Source: a virus
Lineage: Duplodnaviria > Caudoviricetes
Direction: 5' to 3' (one strand)
Length of the DNA stretch: 42,558 bases
IMG/VR virus record: IMGVR_UViG_3300030376_006202
Coordinates: 1 to 42,558 of that record
Shown: positions 1 to 7,000 of the stretch, piece by piece
How positions within the stretch are numbered: the stretch's first letter is position 1
Layout: the number at the start of each line of letters is the position of its first letter
Notes under the pieces: model-generated
The model's database searches: none
What the model was told of the DNA's origin: nothing
What the model saw: only the letters and a program-made list of their open reading frames with translations
Made by a program: the position numbers and the translations under genes

Positions 1-398
1 AAGTCAACAGTCTCACCCCAGACCTGATGCTGCCGAAAAAGCAGTACTTCAGTGGGGTGTCGATGAAGCGTGACCAAGCCGAAGATCACCACTTGGTGTT
101 GGCAGAAGTCACGTGCCACGACCTCTGGACTGAGCAGATGTTTGACGACTTGATGGACACACTGAAAGCAGTTGAGGACGCCAAGCCAAAGAAGCATAGG
201 AGGACGGTAACAAGTCAAGACGTAGTTGACCACATCACCATGGGCAATGGTCTCCAGTTGGACTTCGTGGACGACTACAAAAACTACTACTTCGGGGTGC
301 ATCGAGACTATATCCAAGAGTTTGGTATCGATGGGCAACAGACCTTCAGCCGCGAATTAGAAGAGCCGCAAGAGCATGTGTTACCAATCAGTCAATAA
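1..398 (+). CDS. 3' part of an early hypothetical protein that probably spans the window junction (continues from 42315)
   Basis: The frame of ORF 27..398 is open back to position 3, has no RBS before ATG27, and is in frame with the open ORF at 42315..42558 if the ends are joined. Confidence 0.7.
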   Translation, partial: VNSLTPDLMLPKKQYFSGVSMKRDQAEDHHLVLAEVTCHDLWTEQMFDDLMDTLKAVEDAKPKKHRRTVTSQDVVDHITMGNGLQLDFVDDYKNYYFGVHRDYIQEFGIDGQQTFSRELEEPQEHVLPISQ

Positions 399-406
399 AG
401 TGCCTT

Positions 407-455
407 TCGTGGCCCCAAGCCAGTGGGGGCCACGACGTCCCTTTATTTTTTTTTG
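407..455 (+). terminator. Rho-independent terminator-like hairpin
   Basis: 10-bp stem TCGTGGCCCC/GGGGCCACGA (407-416/426-435), followed after 6 nt by a long T-rich tract. Confidence 0.65.
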
Positions 456-479
456 TTAGATTAGTTTTAAGGAGTTAAT

Positions 480-1145
480 ATGAAAGCCGTAAGTAATGAA
501 GTTAAAAAAGTAGTTAATGACATGTTCACAGCAGGTGAGCCTCTCATTGTAAAGCCCGGTGTCCCAAACAAAGATGTAAGAATTGACGACCACGGTAAAT
601 GGCGCGGTTGGTTCATAGACAAAAAGATGGAAGATGGCACCAAGGAGTTCAGAATCACAGGTAAGAGCTTCTTCGTTGCATTCCTAGACCGAGGCCAAAA
701 GGATCTCGTGCCGGTGCTCTTCCTAGTTCACAAAAACTTGAACAAAGACACCTATGGCAAGTTAAGCGTGTGGGAATACTACCTCCCAATGAAAAGCATG
801 GCACATGCCCGCAAGGTAATCATGGACTTATGCCAACGCCAACAGAAGAATGATGAACGCGGCAAACTACAAGGAAGATACTTCTTCAAGACCGCTGAGT
901 ACAATGGCCTCCCAGTTTGGAAGATGAACCGATCATTTATCCCAAGCACAGAAACCTTCGAACAAGAGATCGTAGATGTGTACGCGCAAATTGTTCGCGA
1001 ATACTGCGATCACTTCAACATGATTGCCAAGGAATTCCAATCTGATGAGGGGATTGATCAAAACTGTAGCGAGTTTACAGAGGTAGAAGTACAGTACTTT
1101 GACTCCGAAGACAGATACGACTACTCGGAGGTACGCTATGTATAA
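480..1145 (+). CDS. hypothetical early protein (221 aa)
   Basis: Long ORF with RBS AAGGAG upstream; no recognised motif. Confidence 0.85.
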   Translation: MKAVSNEVKKVVNDMFTAGEPLIVKPGVPNKDVRIDDHGKWRGWFIDKKMEDGTKEFRITGKSFFVAFLDRGQKDLVPVLFLVHKNLNKDTYGKLSVWEYYLPMKSMAHARKVIMDLCQRQQKNDERGKLQGRYFFKTAEYNGLPVWKMNRSFIPSTETFEQEIVDVYAQIVREYCDHFNMIAKEFQSDEGIDQNCSEFTEVEVQYFDSEDRYDYSEVRYV

Positions 1146-1281
1146 ACCAGACAACAGGTTCCTACAACCACGCGAGTCCATCCACAGGACACGCCTCCAA
1201 ACCATCCTCCTGATTGTTGCATCCAGCAGCATCGGTGGCTTCATCCTGATTGCCGCCGACTCACTCTTCCAAGCACAATAA
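1138..1281 (+). CDS. small single-pass membrane protein (47 aa)
   Basis: GGAGGT RBS then ATG1138 overlapping the upstream gene end; hydrophobic stretch ILLIVASSSIGGFILIAA. Confidence 0.6.
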   Translation: MYKPDNRFLQPRESIHRTRLQTILLIVASSSIGGFILIAADSLFQAQ

Positions 1282-1285
1282 AAGA

Positions 1286-1309
1286 TGGTGGCCCCGAAAG
1301 GGGCTGCCA
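1286..1309 (+). promoter_or_regulatory. GAAA-tetraloop RNA hairpin without U tract
   Basis: TGGTGGCCCC-GAAA-GGGGCTGCCA with two G-U pairs, directly after the stop at 1281. Confidence 0.6.
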
Positions 1310-1335
1310 CTCCCGCCTGGCACGACGCCGGAATA

Positions 1336-1434
1336 AACCGCAAGAGCAACAGCATGGAGGTGTCCATGCGATACAACCTCAACCGCAAGGGCTGCAAAAG
1401 CAGGGGCATGGAGGTATCCATGCAATACAACCTC
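1336..1434 (+). repeat. two-copy direct repeat: 29-nt palindromic core, each copy preceded by AACCGCAAG
   Basis: GCATGGAGGTRTCCATGCRATACAACCTC at 1352-1380 and 1406-1434 (2 mismatches); AACCGCAAG at 1336 and 1381. Confidence 0.9.
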
Positions 1435-1575
1435 GGAACACCAGCGCCTCCGCCCCAAGCCCGAGACCACCACCGAGACCAAAGAGGGAGGGCCAGGGGG
1501 CAGGAACTATCATAGGTTATGCAATTTTTTTTGTGCATTGAATCCAAACAGTTTGTAAATAATAAAGGAGCCGCC

Positions 1576-2070
1576 ATGAACATCAAAAACACCCCAGAAG
1601 GCCAAGAAACAATCACCCTTCCAATTGCAACACTGTACAAAATTCTAAATGAATTTAGCCAAGACGACCAACATATCTCAATTGAGTTTCATGATCTAGA
1701 CACCCACCAATCATTATCTCCTGAAGAAGACCGAGTAATTAGGTTTGTGCTGTGGGATACCGGTATCAACGGAGAACAGTCAATTCGTCACTGTATGGAA
1801 TGGGAAAACATGCCATGCCCCAAACAAAGAATTAAAGACCTCGAAGAGTATGTTGAATTTTATGACAAAGAGATTAAACGAAAAGAAAGAGATATAGAAT
1901 ACCATCTAGCCATGAAAAAAAGAGCTAACATCGGTATTTCCAAAGGTATGAACGCCATCCCAAAAGAATTGAGATGGGACTTTCTTAAGCACTTCGATAC
2001 AAATCTTACGATCAAAGATGGGTTGGACTTAGTTGAAGACCCTCTAAATAACGAAGCAATTAAAAGGTAA
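1576..2070 (+). CDS. hypothetical protein with coiled-coil segment
   Basis: ORF 1519..2070; AAGGAG RBS favours ATG1576. Confidence 0.8.
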   Translation: MNIKNTPEGQETITLPIATLYKILNEFSQDDQHISIEFHDLDTHQSLSPEEDRVIRFVLWDTGINGEQSIRHCMEWENMPCPKQRIKDLEEYVEFYDKEIKRKERDIEYHLAMKKRANIGISKGMNAIPKELRWDFLKHFDTNLTIKDGLDLVEDPLNNEAIKR

Positions 2071-2073
2071 AAC

Positions 2074-2120
2074 GCTTTTCCCTTCCCCCCCCCTTTCAGT
2101 ATGGGGGGGAAGGGAAAAGC
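2074..2120. repeat. perfect 18-bp inverted repeat (intergenic hairpin)
   Basis: GCTTTTCCCTTCCCCCCC (2074-2091) / GGGGGGGAAGGGAAAAGC (2103-2120), 11-nt loop. Confidence 0.9.
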
Positions 2121-2181
2121 TTACTACTTAACCAAGGAAAGCATAGACGTGGAAACAAACATCAATGCAAAGGAAATAGTA

Positions 2182-2475
2182 ATGTATGAAGATCTGGATG
2201 TCGAGTGGGAAAACACTAACGAAGGTTATGAAGAATATCGGCCAAATATAGCCTGCTCATTTCAAAACAAACTTATCTCTGCATTCATCAGAGTTGATGC
2301 AGAGATAAATGACCGCCCATTATACGACTTGTTTATACGAGTAAAAGAAAGAACAGGGGATACCCTATACCAGATTGCATCAAACCAGAGAGCATACCAA
2401 TGCTTAGCTATTGTTAAGTCAATAGAAAAAACAGGAGGAAAACAATGTTACACAATGAATTCGATATCACTGTAA
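2182..2475 (+). CDS. hypothetical protein
   Basis: ORF 2101..2475; ATG2101 lies inside the hairpin, and AAGGA RBS favours ATG2182 (GTG2149 also possible). Confidence 0.7.
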   Translation: MYEDLDVEWENTNEGYEEYRPNIACSFQNKLISAFIRVDAEINDRPLYDLFIRVKERTGDTLYQIASNQRAYQCLAIVKSIEKTGGKQCYTMNSISL

Positions 2476-2717
2476 GCTACTCAGTTAATGTAACAAGCAC
2501 AGGTACTCCGCCGGGAAAAGATAAGTCTGGCCAAGTAATTGAACCTGCTGAAGGCATTAGCTATGAGATTGAGTCGTTTCGTATTGGAGATAAAGACTTC
2601 CCCACGTCAGGACTCAGCTTAGCTGTGTCGGTTGGCATAAAGTCTTATCTAGAAATCATAGAACAGATCGAAGAACACGCGAAAGAAAACATCGAATCAA
2701 TGATTGAAGACAATTAA
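2445..2717 (+). CDS. hypothetical protein (90 aa)
   Basis: AGGAGG RBS; fits the early gene run. Confidence 0.8.
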   Translation: MLHNEFDITVSYSVNVTSTGTPPGKDKSGQVIEPAEGISYEIESFRIGDKDFPTSGLSLAVSVGIKSYLEIIEQIEEHAKENIESMIEDN

Positions 2718-2732
2718 TCAAAGGGAGTTATT

Positions 2733-3116
2733 ATGGATAACGTGCATGAAATATACTTGGCCATTCATCCTGACGCAGATTCAGGCGAGTTAGTAATGAG
2801 GACAGCCACGCATCCATATGCTGCTGCAATGGAGTGCTTTTCTAGGTCTTTAGGTAAGGTTAGCCCAGAGCAATGGGGAGACAAGACAGAACTAATAACA
2901 ATTGTGAAGGTCTTTAGTATGGAGCAGAACCCACTGGGATTCTGCCCAGGCTTAATTGGTACCGATGACTACGGTAACCCGAAGATTCCACAAGGAGCAT
3001 CCTATAAAAAAATAGGGGCAGTAGTGATATCTCTAGCAGAGGGCGGGGATGACATTTCATTTAACATTAAATTCATGGAGGTAGCAACGACAATCAATGA
3101 CATTACAGCGAATTGA
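2733..3116 (+). CDS. hypothetical protein (127 aa)
   Basis: GGGAG RBS; tight packing. Confidence 0.8.
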   Translation: MDNVHEIYLAIHPDADSGELVMRTATHPYAAAMECFSRSLGKVSPEQWGDKTELITIVKVFSMEQNPLGFCPGLIGTDDYGNPKIPQGASYKKIGAVVISLAEGGDDISFNIKFMEVATTINDITAN

Positions 3117-3312
3117 AATACAAGGTGTACGCCACCTTATCCTTCACTTTAAGTTCGCAATCAACAATCCAGACGCAAAAATATATGAAGAAGAGGGTTT
3201 CTATTTAGCAGAGATCAACGGTGTAGTTTATGTATTGGGATGGTTGGATTCTGATGGAACGCCCGACAGGGTTGCGAACACAATTAAAAACAAAATAAAA
3301 ACCAAGGAGTAG
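3097..3312 (+). CDS. hypothetical protein (71 aa)
   Basis: Fills the gap between neighbours; GGAGGT upstream with a long spacer. Confidence 0.65.
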   Translation: MTLQRIEIQGVRHLILHFKFAINNPDAKIYEEEGFYLAEINGVVYVLGWLDSDGTPDRVANTIKNKIKTKE

Positions 3313-3314
3313 TT

Positions 3315-3632
3315 ATGAGGACCGACTTTACTGTGTCTCCTCAGATGGAACTGTCTGACTGGACCATCTTAAAACAAAACGTAAAGCTAAAATCTTTAGA
3401 CCTTATTGAAATGATGTCTATGGCAAGATCTCAAGAGTTTACTAAAGAGCATGTTAAACAACTGCAAGCAAACGCTCAACATATTATGCAAACACTTGAT
3501 TCAATAGATGCGGCATTGCTCGATATGGATCTAGAGCTAAGAGCCTTAGAGAACATGCAGCTTCAGATCCAGCTTGGAGATGCAAGCATGAGGGAGATTG
3601 GTTGGTTTGAAAAACGGGAGGCAAGAGACTAA
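3315..3632 (+). CDS. hypothetical helical/coiled-coil protein (105 aa)
   Basis: AAGGAG RBS; heptad-like Leu pattern. Confidence 0.8.
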   Translation: MRTDFTVSPQMELSDWTILKQNVKLKSLDLIEMMSMARSQEFTKEHVKQLQANAQHIMQTLDSIDAALLDMDLELRALENMQLQIQLGDASMREIGWFEKREARD

Positions 3633-3820
3633 TGGCACATTTCTTAGAAATATATAGCGATAAAAGCATAGAGAAATGGACTGAAAGGTTGTTTGACGCA
3701 AGATTCAATCAAGGTATGAATTACGATGAAGCAACAGCATTCTTAACAAGAAAATACAACGTCACAAAAGATGAGTTAGATGGGATTCGTGAACTTGTTG
3801 ACATAAACCTAGAGGAATAG
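3632..3820 (+). CDS. hypothetical protein (62 aa)
   Basis: GGAGG RBS; TAATG stop/start coupling. Confidence 0.75.
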   Translation: MAHFLEIYSDKSIEKWTERLFDARFNQGMNYDEATAFLTRKYNVTKDELDGIRELVDINLEE

Positions 3821-3822
3821 CA

Positions 3823-3996
3823 ATGGAAAGAGAACGATATAAAATTGTAAGAGCTTACGCTGATAAGAACAGGCCAAAAAGAGTTGTCAAAAGAGACTTA
3901 ACTCTTGCCGAAGCAGAAGCACATTGTAGTAGCCCTAAAAGTAAAAAGGAAACTAACGGCTACATAATTTGGAATGAACATTACTACAAAGACTAA
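3823..3996 (+). CDS. small phage protein (57 aa), absent from the ORF track
   Basis: GAGGA RBS; translates to MERERYKIVRAYADKNRPKRVVKRDLTLAEAEAHCSSPKSKKETNGYIIWNEHYYKD and fills the gap exactly. Confidence 0.75.
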   Translation: MERERYKIVRAYADKNRPKRVVKRDLTLAEAEAHCSSPKSKKETNGYIIWNEHYYKD

Positions 3997-4006
3997 GGAG
4001 AGAACG

Positions 4007-4807
4007 ATGGGACTTATGATTGAAGCAGGGGCCGAGGCCGTAACATATGAAGACGTATGCAACGCATACATTCCAGAACCAACAGAATCACATTATCCAA
4101 TACCGCATAAGTTTATTATTGATTCATGCAGGGATGTGGTTCAAACGATATTCCCAGAATTCAAATTAATTAATGAGCAATATGCTTTGGGTGGGAAATG
4201 CAGAGAGACAGGCAAGCTTAGGCATATGTTTGGAGTCCATACATATGATACAGGGCATCCAACATTTGGTCTTGCCATTGGTATGCGAAACTCAGTAAAC
4301 AAAAATTTCAAAGCAAGCATTGCAGCAGGATGCAATCCACTAAGAGACGGTCTTATCGTTTGCAGTAATTTATGTTTTAGTGGTGATGCTTGGGTCATTG
4401 GTCGTAAAAACACAATGCATGGTCAAGCAGAACTATACCATAAACTTATTAATAATGCTCATGCAATGAATGACGAGTTCAAAAGAATGACTCGTCAGTT
4501 TGATACGCTTGAACTAATTCCTGTTGATCAAGACCGAGGCTATGAAATTATTGGCCACATGGAGGGGACAAAAGTTATCAAAACAAATCAATTCTCAGCA
4601 GCACAAGAAGCCTGGAGAAACCCACCACAAGAATCTTGGGAACCTCGCAATGCTTTAAGTTTATACAATGCTGTCACTGAAGGGACAAAGAAAACAAGCC
4701 CATCACGAGTATTGGACGAACTAAAAGATGTGCACGGTTATTTCATGGACCGATACAAGATTGTTGATGTAGAGCCAAGAATGCACATGGTCCCGGAGGT
4801 AGCATGA
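4007..4807 (+). CDS. DUF932-like phage/plasmid protein
   Basis: Motifs PIPH, MFGV, GMRNS, VCSNL, and LYNAVTE near the C-terminus; AAGGAG RBS favours ATG4007. Confidence 0.7.
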   Translation: MGLMIEAGAEAVTYEDVCNAYIPEPTESHYPIPHKFIIDSCRDVVQTIFPEFKLINEQYALGGKCRETGKLRHMFGVHTYDTGHPTFGLAIGMRNSVNKNFKASIAAGCNPLRDGLIVCSNLCFSGDAWVIGRKNTMHGQAELYHKLINNAHAMNDEFKRMTRQFDTLELIPVDQDRGYEIIGHMEGTKVIKTNQFSAAQEAWRNPPQESWEPRNALSLYNAVTEGTKKTSPSRVLDELKDVHGYFMDRYKIVDVEPRMHMVPEVA

Positions 4808-5037
4808 CAAAGCCACAATACCACACAACAAAGCTGAACCACCTCACGGAGTTTATCCGTGAAAGTGGGGAGCCTGACTTAAGCATTGCTTTAAGAGAGG
4901 CGAAGAGGTGGGTTCGAGAAGGCATCGCAACGCTTGGAAAGCCAAAGCAAAAGAACGATCCTAATTGGATTCAAGTAACACCAAGTGCCAAGAAAACATT
5001 CGCATTTAAACTAGAAGTTTGGAAAAGGAAAGACTAA
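4804..5037 (+). CDS. hypothetical protein (77 aa)
   Basis: GGAGGT RBS; ATGA overlap with the upstream gene. Confidence 0.75.
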   Translation: MTKPQYHTTKLNHLTEFIRESGEPDLSIALREAKRWVREGIATLGKPKQKNDPNWIQVTPSAKKTFAFKLEVWKRKD

Positions 5038-5258
5038 TGCCAGTAATGACTGAAGAAGAAGTAACAATAACAAGGGCTACATTCCAGAAGGATGAACTTG
5101 TAGATCTTTTTGTTAAGAATACAGGGATTCTAAATGACTATGGAACCCTTGATGACAACTACAAGTATACCTTCAGGGTGTTTGACTCTACAGGTAAAAA
5201 GGTCTGCGACGATGTTGCAAACGTAACAATCATCCGAGTAAGAGAAAGGAGTATTTAG
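5037..5258 (+). CDS. hypothetical protein
   Basis: TAATG coupling at 5037; AAGGA RBS. Confidence 0.7.
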   Translation: MPVMTEEEVTITRATFQKDELVDLFVKNTGILNDYGTLDDNYKYTFRVFDSTGKKVCDDVANVTIIRVRERSI

Positions 5259-5710
5259 TGTATCTATTGTTGTATAAAGAGCCCACCAAGAAAACCATTT
5301 CCTGGCTAACAAAGAATGCAATACCTATTGCTCCTTTGTGCTGGCTACATAACTCAACAATAGAGGGAACCATCCCGATAAAGATAAACAATTCCACTCT
5401 CAAGCAACTGTCTAGTCAGATAGACAGTTGCTCTGAGGGGTTTATTGAATTTGTTGAAAGCAAAATAAAAACCACTCTGTTCAGAGGCATGACAAAAAGA
5501 TTAACAATTAACAAACTCAGAATGATTGTTGAAGCTTCCCAAAGTATAGAGATTGTAGGACATGCTAAAGATCTTTTAATTATACTCGGAGAAAATGAAG
5601 AGACCGACTCTAAGCCAGAAGAAATACCAAAGGATATGGAGTTAGGAATTGACACTGAATCAGTAAAAGAGTATCTGTTAAGACTTGCAAAGAAGCCAAG
5701 TATTCACTAA
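5258..5710 (+). CDS. hypothetical protein (150 aa)
   Basis: AAGGAG RBS; GTG start overlapping the upstream TAG. Confidence 0.75.
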   Translation: MYLLLYKEPTKKTISWLTKNAIPIAPLCWLHNSTIEGTIPIKINNSTLKQLSSQIDSCSEGFIEFVESKIKTTLFRGMTKRLTINKLRMIVEASQSIEIVGHAKDLLIILGENEETDSKPEEIPKDMELGIDTESVKEYLLRLAKKPSIH

Positions 5711-5713
5711 AAT
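5685..5713 (+). promoter_or_regulatory. sigma70-type promoter for the recombination/replication genes
   Basis: TTGCAA (5685-5690), 17-bp spacer, TAAAAT (5708-5713). Confidence 0.55.
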
Positions 5714-5738
5714 ATTGCAAAAGGCGGAGGTATTTGGT

Positions 5739-6137
5739 ATGACCAATAAGAAACCTATTGGGTACAAAGAGTTAACTGTGTCTAGCTCTCCACCGCCCAC
5801 TCCAGTGGAGGCGGTGGAGAGGCTAGCCGCCAGTATAGAGGAGACAAAAGGAGAACTGTTGGAAGATCAAAAGTTCCTAAAGAATCTCTTACAAAAGTGT
5901 GTAGAGAACCCAGATTCTTTTGTAAGAGAAAAGAAAGGTGAAGTTTCTGGCGCAGAAAAAAAGATCAAAAGACATAGCCTAAAGGGAAGAACAAACAAGT
6001 TGAAATTAGTTTGTTATTTCTCTGATGAAGAAATGAAACAACTTTGGTCTTTAGTTGAGCACCGAGGGGACAGAAGCCCCTCGGATATGGTCAATCAAAT
6101 AGTCTGCACAGGGCTTGCAGCATTAAGGATGATATGA
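5739..6137 (+). CDS. putative transcription regulator with C-terminal ribbon-helix-helix domain
   Basis: GGAGGT RBS before ATG5739; C-terminal KLVCYFSDEEMKQLWSLVEHRGDRSPSDMVNQIV fits the strand-helix-G-x-S-x-S-helix pattern. Confidence 0.6.
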   Translation: MTNKKPIGYKELTVSSSPPPTPVEAVERLAASIEETKGELLEDQKFLKNLLQKCVENPDSFVREKKGEVSGAEKKIKRHSLKGRTNKLKLVCYFSDEEMKQLWSLVEHRGDRSPSDMVNQIVCTGLAALRMI

Positions 6138-7000
6138 ACACCGAAGGAATGCAACTGGCAAACATTGTACTAGAGTATGTAAACCAACCTAATGTAGAAA
6201 GAGGAGATGGTGTATATTATCCTCGCGTATCTGCTGTCTCAAGATGTCCAAGAGACATGGTTATGCACAGGTATGGAGAACCTTGGTCAGACCCGCCAGA
6301 AGCCCAGTGGGGCACTCAGTTTAGGTTTGACATGGGGCACGACACAGAGGACAGACTGATTGTAGCTATGGAAAAAGCTGCAATATCTGTACAGTGCCAA
6401 CAGCTAACCGTTGAGAAGAGAACAGAAGATGGCCATAAAGTTACTGGTCACATTGATGGCATTGCAGTCATACCGCATGAGTACCCAGGTGGAGGGAAGT
6501 GGTATGTCTTCGATGTTAAAAGCGCTGGCCAATGGATGTACCGAAAGGTTTACAAAAGTGGCGAAGCAAAATACGAACACATAAAACAAATAGCCGCTTA
6601 CTCCCAAATGATTGTGAACGATCCAAAGTTTTCACATCTTAATGGGACAAAGCTACAAGACTTAAATGTAGAAGGGTATGAGTTTGGTGGCGGGTTAGTT
6701 GGGTATGTTGCTATAGACAGGCCAACTAATGGAAGGTTTGGAGACAACAAAGAAGAGTTGCCCAAAGTATTCTTTGCTTCATTTGAAATAGATCCTGAAG
6801 AAGCGGAAATGTTTCTAGATATATTCGATGAAGTAGAAGACCACTACGAAAACAAAACAATGCCAGGATTCCCGCACCCTAAAAGTGACGCGGTTTGGGG
6901 TGGAATACGCTGCACACAGAGGTGGTGCAGCAGATACAGCGTTTGCCAAGGACTTGTCGAACCACAAAGTCCAGAACTTAAGGAGGTTTTAAATGGCTAA
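6134..7000 (+). CDS. Cas4-like PD-(D/E)xK exonuclease with probable Fe-S cluster
   Basis: CPR...GH...GHIDG...FDVKS...QIAAY, plus C-terminal C-x4-C-x5-C (1+3 Cys arrangement of Cas4/AddB-type nucleases). Confidence 0.85.
   Translation: MNTEGMQLANIVLEYVNQPNVERGDGVYYPRVSAVSRCPRDMVMHRYGEPWSDPPEAQWGTQFRFDMGHDTEDRLIVAMEKAAISVQCQQLTVEKRTEDGHKVTGHIDGIAVIPHEYPGGGKWYVFDVKSAGQWMYRKVYKSGEAKYEHIKQIAAYSQMIVNDPKFSHLNGTKLQDLNVEGYEFGGGLVGYVAIDRPTNGRFGDNKEELPKVFFASFEIDPEEAEMFLDIFDEVEDHYENKTMPGFPHPKSDAVWGGIRCTQRWCSRYSVCQGLVEPQSPELKEVLNG

Noticed and set aside
1352-1434. Bona fide CRISPR array with cas4
   Set aside because: Only two repeats, no other cas genes, and the Cas4-like gene sits in a recombination module; kept only as a hypothesis
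933-1640. 235-aa minus-strand ORF and the other antisense ORFs in the track (e.g. 9169..9669, 13605..14147, 39205..39741)
   Set aside because: They shadow well-supported genes on the opposite strand, lack RBSs and have non-protein-like composition
2101-2181. ATG2101 start for ORF 2101..2475
   Set aside because: It lies in the loop of the 18-bp hairpin with no RBS; downstream starts have RBSs
4804-5037. Ribosomal L7/L12 C-terminal-like domain (LREAKRWV)
   Set aside because: Similarity is limited to one short helix motif
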